Shown: positions 27,701 to 39,700 of the stretch, one piece after another
Layout of the letters: each line of letters starts with the position of its first letter
How positions within the stretch are numbered: the first letter of the stretch is position 1
Assembly (NCBI GenBank): GCA_964630235.1
Contig: CAZVUO010000001.1
Span: 254,588-318,587, forward strand
Length of the DNA: 64,000 nucleotides
Direction of reading: 5' to 3'
Origin: an uncultured bacterium
Lineage (GTDB): Bacteria; Oederibacteriota; JAAXVQ01; JAUVAV01
Notes under the pieces: model-generated
What the model saw: only the letters and a program-made list of their open reading frames with translations
Told to the model about the DNA's origin: nothing
Database searches by the model: none
Position numbers and translations under genes: made by a program

Positions 27701-30700
27701 CCACCACCCGGGTGCGCGAAATGTCCGCATCCAGACTGCTGATGTTCGCCAGACGGTTGATGCCGTCCGCGATCTTGTTGAAGGGTTCAATGAAGAATGT
27801 ACGGAACATGTTGCCCAGGCCGTTGAGGATGGCGTCCTTGGCCAGGAGCACCATGCCAAAGACCGCGAAAGCCGGGCAGACGGCCGTAAGGGCAACCAGC
27901 ACCACCAAAGCCAGATTTTCGCCCAGGGTCTTGAACAGGACGGCATACCCTATGGCCAGGCCGCCCATGATCCGGCCGAAGGTGCTGTCCAGGGCGAAAT
28001 AGTCCTCTGCCATCTGGGTGTATTGTTCGGCTAGCCACAAAATGCCCATGCTGGCGTATTTCAATATGAAGTCCACCGGGATAAATATTTTTTCCACCAC
28101 CCATTTAAACCCGGCCAGGGCCTGTTCGCCGATGGACTCCCCATTGTACAAGTAGAGCCCGACCGCGGCCGGCCAGACCAGGTAATTGACGGACCAGACA
28201 AAAATAAATTCCACGGCCTGCCAAGCTGCGGTCAGGATAAATTCCGCCGCGTAGACCACGGTCTGGATCACCGCCCAAGCGGCCAAGACCAGCGCGCCCA
28301 CCGAATAGACCATGCCCTTAAATTCATTCCACAGCTGGTTTAATAAGCCGCCGGTATAGTGAATATTCATGGCATCGTAAAGGCCGTTTTGGGTGTCCCA
28401 GAAAGAGACCCAGGCTGTGGCCACGCTGTCCGTGAACTTGTGCCAGCCGTTCTTGACCTGTTGCCAGCGTCCAGTCTCGCGCTCACCGGCCGGTGTGTAA
28501 ATTTCCTTCACACCCCGGCTGTCCAGCATGACCACTTTTCCGTCCACCAAACTCACCTGGACATCCTTGCCCAACTGCACTTGGCTCGCGCCGACCACCA
28601 CCGTATTGTTTCCCTCCAGCCGGCCGCCGGCCGTGACCACGGTGGAGATGTTCACGTTGACCTCTTCGCTCAATGCTTTCGTCCGCGTATAGGTATACAC
28701 GCCCGTGTCCGTGCGGCTGAGGGAAACGTTCTCGCCGGCCGCGTTTTTACCCTGCAAGGTGAAGTTCCGCTCGCTCTGCGCCACAGTGAAGACGCCGCCC
28801 TCGCCGGGCTGAATGCGGTTGCCGGCGTCGAGTTGCCGATTTTGGGCGTTGAGGTACTGCTCCTTCATACCCAGTTCGTTCAACTGCCGTGGCGTACCCG
28901 TGGCTACAAAAGTAAAGTTGTTGTCCTTGTCCAGCGTGGCCACGCCCATGGCGCCGTTGCGGGTCTTGCCCTGCATAGACATAACGCCATTACTCTCAAC
29001 AACTGTATATTTCCCATCCGAACCCATAATCTCCTTGCTGGCCGAAGCTCCTTGGTTGTAGCGCTCTGTCAGGTTGTGCTCGCGGATAACCGTGGCCTTG
29101 AGCCCGAGCGCGTCCAGTTTTTTTAGATCCGCCGTGGCCCCGAAGCTGTAGCTCCCGTCTTGGGCCAGGGTGGCAAAAGCCGTGACACCGTCATTTAGCA
29201 CGCCCTGAAGCGTGCGGGAACCGTCCGCGCCCTCCACAATCGTATAGGTATTCCCCTCCCCGGCCTGGATGGTCCGGTCGCTGCCGGGCGCCGGCCCCTG
29301 ATCGGCGCCAAAGAGCCGGGCCAGGAATCCGGGCGTGGCCTCTTCCTTCCAGCGCGCCGCGTCTTTTTGGTTCTGCTCCGTGAGCTTGGTGCCGTCCAGC
29401 CCCAGGGCATCCAACTGAACCTTGGTCCCCGTCGCACCGTAAGTGACCTTGCCATCATTGGACAAGGTCACAAAGGCCGAGGCGCCGTTGGCAGTGGCGC
29501 CCTGTAGGGTCATGGCATCGGTGCTTTCTACCACCGTGTATTCGTTGTCCTTGGCCAGGATGGTGCGCCGGCCGTCATATCCTTGACGCGAATGATTGCG
29601 CAACTCGGTGGCATGCAGACCCAGACGGTCCAGCTTGACCAGACTGGCCGTGGCGCCGAAACTGAACTTGCCGGCCGCGTCCAGGCTGGCGAAAGCCACA
29701 GTGCCGTCAGCCAGCTTACCCTGGAGTGTATCCGCGCCGTCGCTCTCCACCACGGTATAGCGCCCCTCGCTGTCTGCCTGGATCCGACGGGAGTCGGTCC
29801 CGGCCCGGTCATTGCGGTTGGTGGTCACCAGTTCGGTTCCCCGCAGGCCCAGCCGGTCCAGCTTGCCTTCCTGAGCCGTGGCGCCAAAGCTGTATTTGCC
29901 TGTCTTCTTGTCCACCGTGGCGAAGGCCGCGGTGCCATCGTCAAGCATTCCTTGCAGCACGAGGGATTGGCCGCTGTCCACGACGGTCCATTTTCCCTGC
30001 CGCCCCTGAATGGCCCGCGAATCCGTGCCGGCCCGGTCCGCGGCGTTGGTGTTCACCAGGTAACTGCCCCGCAGCCCCAGGGCATCGAGCTGGGCCCTGG
30101 TGCCCGTGGCGCCGAAGGTATATTTGCCGTCCGCGCCCAGGGAGACGAAGGCGTCCGCGCCGTTGGCTGTCTTCCCCTGCAGGGTATACGTCCCATCGCT
30201 GTGGATGACCGTGTATTTACCGTCAACCGTGGATTGGATCCGGCGCGAAACCGTGGCCCCGCCCCGGTCCGCGCTGTTTTGGCGGACCAGCTCTCCTGCC
30301 CTCAAGCCGAGCTCGTTCAGTTGCGAGACAGTGCCCGTGGCGCCATAGGTCAGGCGTCCCTCGGCCGAGAGGGTGGCGAAGGCATCTGCGCCGTTAGCCG
30401 TCCTGCCCTGCAGGGTGTAGACGTCCTGGCTCTCCACGGCCGTGTACTTGCCGTCCTTATCCTGGATGAGACGCGCCCCGGCCTGGCCCTCGGCTGTACT
30501 GTTCCGGAGGTCCGTAGCCCGCAATCCCAGGGCGTCCAGTTTCTCCAGGGAGGCTGTGGCGCCGAAGGTAAAGTGCCCCTCGTTGTTCAGGGTCAGGAAG
30601 GCTAGCGTACCGTCGGCCAGCTTGCCCTGGAGCGTCCGGGTTTCACCCGTATCCAGCACAGTATATTTGCCCTGGTCCGCGGCGATGAGCCGGGAATCAG

Positions 30701-33700
30701 AGCCTTTCCGATCGCTCTGGTTGTAGCGGATCAATCGCGTGGCATCCAGCCCTAAGGCGTCCAGGGTGGCTGCGTCGGCCGTGGCGCCGAAAGTGAATCG
30801 GCTGTCGCTCAAGCTCAAGAAAGCCACCGTGCCGTCCGCCAGTTTTCCCTGCAGGGTCTGGGTGTCGCCGCTATCCACCACCGTATATTTGCCCTCCACG
30901 GGCAAGATTACGCGGGACAAAGTGCCCTTGCGGTCCGCCTGGTTGTGGGCCACCAACTGGCTGGCATTCAGTCCCAGCGCGTCAAGCTGTGCCTGTGTAC
31001 CCGTGGCGCCGTAGGTAAATTTTCCGTCAGGTCCAAAGGTGGCGAAGGCCTCGGCGCCGTTGGCTGTCTTGCCGCGCAGGGTGTGAGCGCCGTCGCTTTC
31101 GATGGCCGTGTAGGCACCGTCCTTACCCGGCTGAATCGCGCGCTGGCCCAGGTGGCCTTTCTGGGTCTCCGTACGCAGTCGGGAAGCATTCAGGCCCAAC
31201 TGGTCCAGTTGCGCCAGGGTGCCGGCGGCGCCGAAACTAAATTTTCCCTCCTGGCCCAGGGTAACGAAGGCCGCGGCGCCGTTGGCCGTCTTGCCCTGTA
31301 GCGTCAGCGTCTCCTCGCCGTGAACCACGGTAAAGAGCATGCCCTGCTCGCTCTCCTTGCCCAGAATCTGCCGCACTGGGCTGTCCTGTTGGTTCTGTTC
31401 CAGAAGATCCTGACAGCGCAGGCCCAGCTGGTCCAATTGCTCAACCGTGCCCGTGGCGCCAAAAGTGAATTTGCCGTCCCTGCCCTGGGTCACGAAGCCC
31501 ATCGCCTCGTTGGCGGTCTTGCCTTGCAGCGTAAAGCTGCCATCGCTATCAACTACCGTGTAGTTCCCCTCGGCATTGGCCTGGATAGTCCGCTGGCCGT
31601 TGTACCCTTGCCGGGACTGGGCCAGCAGGGCCTCGGCCCGCAAGCCAAGCGCGTTGAGCTGAGCCACTGTTCCCGTGGCACCGAAAATCATCTGATTATC
31701 CTGACCCAGGGTGGCAAAAGCGGTGGCGCCGTTGGCGGTCTTGCCCTGCAGTGTGAAGCTGCCATCGCTGGACACAATGGTATACTTGCCGTCCGGACTG
31801 AGAATGCGGCGCGCTGACTCGTCGGCCTGATTGAACTGTATCATCTTGGTTGCCTGAAGCCCGAGTTGGTTGAGTTGTCCTTCCGTGCCCGTGGCCCCAT
31901 AACTGAACTTGCCTTCCTCGTTGAGGGTCGCAAAAGCCGTGGCGCCATTGGCCGTCTTGCCCTGCAGCGTCAAACTGCCCTTGGTCTCCACCACCGTGTA
32001 CTTGTCATCTTTTCCGGGCTGGATGGTCCGCTGAGCGTCATACCCCAGCTGGGTTTGGCGCAGTAAACCGGAGGCCTGCAAGCCCAGCTCATCCAATTGG
32101 GCGAGCGTGCCCGTGGCACCAAAGAGGAAGTCACCGTCCTTCCCCAGGGTGACGAAAGCCGTGGCGCCATTGGCCGTGAGCCCCTGAAGCGTATAGCTGC
32201 CCTCGGACAGCACGACCGTGAATTGCTCTCCCTCCTTGGCCAGGATCTCCTTAACCGCGGCCTGGGATTGGTTCCAGGTTCTTAGTTCTCCGGCCCGCAA
32301 TCCGAGCTGGTTTAATTGCTGTACCGTGCCGGTGGCGCCGTAGCTGAATTTTCCTTCCGCCGAGATGGTGGCGAAGGCCTTGGCGCCGTTGGCGGTTTCG
32401 CCCTGCAAGGTTAAGTTGCCGGCACTGTCCACGGCCGTGTAATTCCCTTCGTCGGCCAGAATGAGCTGTGCGGGGTTGTTGCCGGCCTTGTTCTGGTCCA
32501 ATAAATCGCTGGCCCGCAAGCCCAGAGCGTCAAGCTGAATCAAGGATCCTGAGGCGCCGAAGGAATAGGCCCCCTCCTTGTCCAGCGTGGCGAAGGCCTT
32601 CGCGCCGTTGGCGGTATTACCCTGAAGCGTAAAGCTGTCCTCCGCCTGCACTGCCGTGAATTTTCCTTTCACGGTCTGGATTTCACGCGATACGGTCAAG
32701 CCGCCGTTATCGGCGAGGTTCTGTGTGCGGATCTCAGTGGCCCGCAGGCCCAGGGCGTCCAACTGCTCAACCGTTCCCGTGGCACCAAAGCTGTACTTGT
32801 CTCCATTGAGACTGGCAAAAGCCTGGGCCCCATTGGCTGTATATCCCTGTAAAGTGAAGGTTGTGCCGCTTTGGACGACAGTAAACTTCCCGTCCTTGCC
32901 GTAGATGTTCCGGTCCGCCGTAACACCATCCGCATCGCTATAATTCCGGGCGATGAGCGTATCCACCCTTAACGCCAGAGGCCGCAATTGCTCCTGCGTA
33001 CCCGTGGCGCCGAAGGTGAAGGCACCCTTTGCGCTCCTCGTCAGGAATGCGTCCGCGCCGCTCTCGGTCTTGCCCTGCAGCGTCCAAGCCATTTCGGATT
33101 CAATGATGGTGTATTGATCGCCGTTCACGGGCTGTATCAAGCGCCCCGCCGCATCCCGCGCATTCTGCCGGAGAAGTTCGCTGCCAAACAGGCCGAGCTG
33201 GTTGAGCTGGACCTCGGTGCCCGTGGCGCCAAAGGTGTACTTACCGTCCGCGCCCAGGGTGAGAAAAGCCTTGGCGCCATTGGCCGTATAGCCCTGAAGA
33301 GTTAGTGCCCCCTCGGATTGAATGACCGTGTATTGGTTTTGGTCAACGGCCAGAATCGTCCGATCGGCCAGATCCGCCCGGTTGTGACTCTGCAGCTCGG
33401 AAGCCCGGAGATGGATTTCATCCAGTTGTTCCCGAGTACCCGTGGCGCCGTAAGTGTACTTGCCGTCCCGTCCGAGCGTGGCAAACGCCTGTGCGCCGTT
33501 GGCTGTCCTGCCCTGCAGGGTCCGGGCGCCTTCGCTCTCGACGGCTGTAAATTTTCCATCCTTAGGCTGGATCGCCTGTTTCCCGTCGCCCGCCTGCGTC
33601 TTGGTCAGGATCTCGGTCGCGGCCAATCCCAGAGCGTCAAGTTTTTCCAAAGTTCCGGTGGCGCCGAAAGCATATTTCCCTTCAGCGTCCAAGCTGGCAA

Positions 33701-36700
33701 AGGCCTGGGTTTTGCCATCGTCCAGCAACCCCTGGAGCGTATCCGTGGTGCCGGACTCGACGACCGTATAATTCCCTTCTTTTTCCTGGATCTGCCGCGA
33801 ATCCTGGCCTGTCTGGTCCTGGCGGTTCAATCTGACCAATTCCGATGCCCGCAACCCCAGCGCATCCAGCTTTTCCGCCCTGCCGGTGGCGCCGAACGAA
33901 AACTTGCCGTCCTTGTCGCGGGTCACAAAAGCCTGGGTGGTTCCGTCGTCCAATTTTCCCTGGAGGGTATACGACCCGTCGCTTTCGATCACGGTATAAT
34001 TGCCTTTGGCGTCCTGGATCTGGCGCGAATCCGTTCCGGCCTGGTCCGCGCGGTTGTGGTCGAGCAGCTCACTGGCTTTCAGTTTAAGTTCGTTAAGCTG
34101 GGCTTCAGTCCCCGTCGCACCGAAGGAACCCTTTCCGTTCTCGTCAAGGCGCACGAACGCCTGCGCGCCGTTGGCGGTTTTGCCTTGCAGGGTATAAGAG
34201 CCGTCCGACATGACGACCGTATACTTCCCGCGTTCCGCCAAAATCTCGCGGGCCGGATCGCCCGCGACGTTCTCCTTGCGCAACTGGTCAATTTTCATGC
34301 CCAGTTCCCGAAGCTGGGCCTCGGTGCCCGTCGCCCCGTAGGTGTAGATGCCTTGCTGATCCACGCTGGCGAACGCCTGCGCGCCGTTGGCGGTTTTGCC
34401 GATCAAGGTCAAGCCCTCGGGTTTCACGCCTACGGTATAAAGCCCGAAACGATCCGCGAGGATTAACCGGGCCTGGTTGGCATCCTGCTGGTTCCGGGCG
34501 TACGCGTCAGCCGCCCAATATCCGCGTGCCTGCAGCACTTCCTGGGTGGCCCGGATCTGCTGCAGGTTCCAGGTAGAATGATTCGTGGCTGGATCTGTAA
34601 CATAATTCTCAATTGTTTGGACTAAATGCTGCTTCTGCATCAGCAAATCGCTGGTCGTGACCGTCCTGGAGATTTCGCCCTCCACCCGCCGCATCACGAC
34701 ATTCCAGTGTACGGCTGACTGAATCCTGACGCCGATCCCGGCAGGTTTATCATAAGCCGCGATCTTGAGGTTCAGCTCCTGAACCACATCGAAATCCATG
34801 TTTTCCATCAGCCCGGTGCTCTTTTCTTTGTCCTGCTCCGGCGTGGACCGGTCGTCCGTGTCGCTGGTCAGGAGCACCCGTCCGTTCATGCTGAACCGTT
34901 CTTCCTTGCCGGTCTGCTTGTCGGTCAGGCTGAATCCCTGCCCGGGTAAAAGCTTGAACACGACGTTCGGGAACTTCCCTTCCTGCAGGGCGCGCAATGA
35001 CTCGGGCTTCAGGTTGCCCTGATGGTCGTACAGCAGTGCCGCCCCGCCTGTGTCCTTGAAGATCACCTTGGTGCCGGTCAGCTTTCCATCCTGATAAAGC
35101 GACACGCTGACGCGTTCGCCGGTTTCGCTGTACTGGGTGAGGGAGTAGTTCTGAGCCTTTTCATCCAGGAAGGTGACAATGCGGTCATCCGACAGGTCCA
35201 CCCGCCGCAAGACACTGTCCTGGTACTGTGCAAAATAGCCCAGGGTTTCACCGCCGGCCTGGAACTGGTTCCTGCCGATCACGCTGTAGTTGCCGCTTTG
35301 GAAGTCCGCCTCTCTTCCCACGAACACCGTGCCATCCGGGGCAATATAGGCGGATTTTCCGGCCAGGAGGTCCGCGATGACCTGCGCGGTTTGGGGATTC
35401 ATGCCCAGATTGGTCAGGGTCTCCAACTTCACCGCAGGCAGAAGTTCGGCCGCGATCATGACGCCATCCTGCTTGATAAAGGCCTGTCCCTGCTGGAACA
35501 CCAGGGTAACCACCGGCAGAGCGAACTGCGCCGCTGGATCCCCGGGACGGCTGAAGAGGGTTTCCTGATCCAGCCCGCGCGTGCTGAGATCCAGGTCCAC
35601 TTTGTACAGCACGCCATTTTCCTGGTGGAAGGCCACGGCCTTGTTGTCCGCCGTGATCTGGTCCGACTGAACCATAACGCTCCGCAAGCCCTTCTGGCCG
35701 CCGATCTCCATCTGCACGGTCACGCGCTGATGGAAGCGGGAAAAATTATCCTCTCGCGTGAAAGTGGACAGCAGGCCTTGTTTGTCAGAAACCGCGAGCT
35801 GGTCCAGGGTGATCGCGCCGTCCGGCCGGTTTTCGTCCGCCGGTTTAAAGGAAAGCGTGACCGTCACGTCGCCTTCCTTCTGCTGCACGGTCACCCGGCC
35901 ATCCAGACCGCGGGACACCGTGCCCACACCCTCCAGGTACAGCGTCTGACCGGACCGCAGTTTGCCCAGGCGGTCATTGATTTTGGCGGTCAGGTTTTCG
36001 CTCAGTTGGTTGACCGCCGCGGCGTTGATCATCCCCTGTTCCACGGCATTCAGCCGCACCAAGAGGGCGAGATTAGCGGTTGAAACCGCGGCCACGCTGG
36101 CATAACTCAAGGCAATGGCAAAGGCTTTCGTTGTCAGCGCTTTGTCGGTCGCGCCGCTGGTTTGCAGGATCTCGAGCACCCGCAAAGCAGTTTCCATTTT
36201 CACGGGCCCGTCGGGAAGTTTTCCCAACGCATCCATGCTCAAGGCCAGGGTTTGCAGGCCGCCATCCGTGGCGCCAAGCGCCAGTTGATAATCAGCGGCC
36301 CGCACCATGACCGGCGCGTCCTGGCTGAGCCGCGCGTGTGCAACCGCACTGTCGAGGCTGGCTTTGGATTGATCGAGATTAAAGACGTTGAGTTCGGCCG
36401 TGGCCAATGTCTTATAGGCCAGTTCGATCACGGTGGCGGATTCGCCCTTGGCGGTGACTACGTTGACATAGGCTTGCGCCTGCTGCATCGCGGTCAGGCC
36501 GAGGTTCAGGGCGAGCTCTTTCAGTTTGGCCTCGTAGGCAGGCGTGCCGGCAACCAGGCCCATCCCGGTGAGATAGTCCTGGTAGCTGCGGTTTTGGGCC
36601 AGGACCGAGGGATCGGCATTTTCAGCCATTATCCGGATCTTGAGTTGCTCTCCGCTCAACTGCGCGGATTCCTTCACGTCAAACAGGAAGCCGATGACCC

Positions 36701-39700
36701 GCCCGGCGGCGTCCTTGGTGTAGCGGCTTTCCTTGGTCAGGGTCCACTGCCCATCCGAACCCTTGGTATACACACCGCCCAGTTCGCCCAAGCGGTTGAA
36801 AACAAAAGCCTCATTGCTACCGGCCGGCCGCAGGGCAATGATGCTGTTCCAGAAATTGCCGACCTGCACGTACTCCATAGCACCCGTCACCTGACCGTCC
36901 TTGGACAAGGTGACCTGATAGGTCTTCCCGTCGCTGCCCTTGACATCCATCGTGGTGACCGGGCGGCCCAGGTCGTCTGTTTGAATCGGAGCCTGCAACG
37001 TCACGGTTTTGCCGTCAACCTCAAAGGAATAGGTTGCGGCCGCGGTTTTGCCCGGTTCAAAGGCGCCGAGCGTCATGATTTTCGTCAGCAACGTCGAGAC
37101 TTTCGGAATTTCCGCGCCGGGTTCATACGCCCCCAGCGAGAATAGTTCCGCCAGAATGGTCTGGAAAAGATTGTGCTTGATCGGCACCTCCACCTTGCCG
37201 CCGGAGGCGTCCTTGGTCTGGTCGGGAGTCAGTCCGCGCGGCTGGCCTTGGTCAGCTGCTTCCTCAACCGCGCGCTGGGTGGGATCCACGTTTTGGCTGG
37301 GGCTGATCAGGCTGGTGCCCTCCCCAACTTGTTTATCGCTGTAGTCTTCGGGAGGGACGTCCAGTTTCCCGGTGGGATCGGTCACCGTGCTCTTGCCGGC
37401 CTGCTGGTTGGACGCACTTGGCCGGAATGACCCCAAATCCAATTGGTTTTGATTTCCCACGGCCCGCTCCAACGCTTCGGGCGTTCCGGTAATTTCCACG
37501 CCCTCCGGGCCCTGCAACTTCACCATGCCGTCGGGCATGGTCTGCTCTTTAAACTGCTTCAGGTCGAGCTGGCCGGCGGCGTCGGTCAGTTTTTCCAAAG
37601 CTTGCGGGCTTCCACGGATGGATAAGCCTTCGCCGTTCGTCTGGGTAACTGGAAGCTGGTCGCCCTCGACTGCCTGCAAGCGGCTCACGTCCAAGTTGTT
37701 GCCGCCGGCCATTGCCTCGCTCAGACCCGCAGGCGTCGCCGTGATCTGCACGCCCGGCGCTTCATAGGTCACTGTGCCGTCCGCATTCTGCCGGGCGGAC
37801 ATTTTACCCAGATCCACCTGACCGTTGGCGTCCATGACCTGGTTCAGGGCGGCCATGGTACCCTTGACTTCGATCCCGCCGTTCTCCCCTTTATATAATG
37901 TAGCGTCTTGGCCACCGAACGGGTCCCCGCCCTGGCCGGTGCCGTCGTCCGCTGCGCCCGCCGCCACATCGTCCTTATTTCTATCCTGCCCGGTTTGGCT
38001 GCCCGCCTCTCCCTCGGTCACCGTCTTCCCGTCCTCATTCAGTTCCAGACGGTCGCCCTCCTTTAAGGCCTCCGCGCCGCTCCGTGTTTTTCCGTCCAGT
38101 CCACCGGCCTTGCTCAGTCCCTCGAACCCCTTGCTGATATCAAGGTCCGGGATGCTGAAATCGCCGGCCATCAGTGCATCGCCCATTTGGTCGCCAGCGT
38201 AAATGTTGGCCGTGACCCCATCCCCAGCTGGATTATCCCGGAAGGTCGTGGTGATATGCTCGTTCCCGATCTGTTCGGTCACGGCCAGCATCTGGGTTTG
38301 TCCGGTTTGCGGATCAACCACTTGGCTCACAGCCATAACCTGGTTGCCGTCCAGGTTTTGGAAGGTTTCCACTTTTAACTCATAATCCCCACCCGCCGGC
38401 AGACTGCCTTCACGGGTCAGATTCTCAACGGTTTTGCCCAGGAGTGACTCCGCGGGGATCATATCCGCTTTTACCGTTGTGCCCCTAACCGCCGATCCTT
38501 CAGCCGGCGTATACTTGTCCGGCAACGCGCCGGTTTGTTTCATTTCCTCGATCTGCTGGCGGTGTTCGGCCAGGTTCATGCCGATCTCCTCGGACAACCC
38601 TTGGAAATCCGACATGGCGCCTTCCCCCGCGCCGCCGCCCTGGCCTTCGCCGCCCTCTCCGCCTTCGCCTTCGCCGCCGCCTTGCCCGCCGCTTCCAGCC
38701 GAAGCGTCCTTGCTTTCGATTTTAATCTCGTCATCCCTGCGTTCGATCTGCGTGCCCTCCTTGCGCAAGCCTTCCTGCGAAATGGTGGTGCCCGGCAGCC
38801 CCAGGTCCTTGACCGCGGCGTCCTGGGGTTGGTCCGGCACCTCCATTTCGTTGTCCCGGTTCTGGTTGTCCAGGCTGGGGCTGCCCAGATCTTCGCGCAC
38901 GGTGTCGGACTGGACTAGCGGTTCGTTTTGCACGTCCGGCATCTGGTCCGGAAGCATCAGGTTGTCGGGCTGCTTCTCCGGCTGGGGTATGGGCTGTTTG
39001 TTGTCCGGCCTGACCTGCTGGTCAGTCCGCGCCGGCGACTCGTTTTTCTGCTCTTCGGTTCTGCTGGGAATGCCGCTGGCCGTCCTTCTTTGTTCCTGGT
39101 TGGATTGCTGTTGATTCTGCTGGTTGGGATTCTGCACCGAGGACTGGCCCGCATCCAACTGTTGATCCAATTCAGAGGTTGGCGATTCAGTCTTGGTCAT
39201 TTCGGTCTCTTCATTGATCTGAGCGCTCTGATCCGTGGTCATGGCGAGAAGCGCTTCGCCGCGAGCCGGAGACTCGGTTTTGGATTGGCCGGTAGCCGGA
39301 CCCAGCTTTGGGGCCTCGATCAGTCCTTCAAGCCCGCGGACATTCCCTGCTGCCGCGCCCAGCACATCCTTGGCCTGGGCCAAATTGTTCACGGTCACGA
39401 GCGACTTGCCGCCGGGAACGGTGACGCCACCGGTGGGAGAGATCGCGGTCGTGAATTCCGATGGCAGCCAGGTCCACTGCCCGCTCTCCAGGGAGAATCC
39501 CGGAACCATCTTTTCCGCGAATGTGCCCCACGTGTTGGCCACGTGGTATTTTTGCATGTCGCCCCATTCCTTGCCGCTCTTGGTCTCGGCCGGAGCGTAC
39601 TGCATGACTACCGTGGAAACGGTCTTGGCCACCACCGGCCGCACGAAGGTCATCATAAAGAGTCCCACATTGTCCATGGGGGTCATCAGGTCGCGGATGG

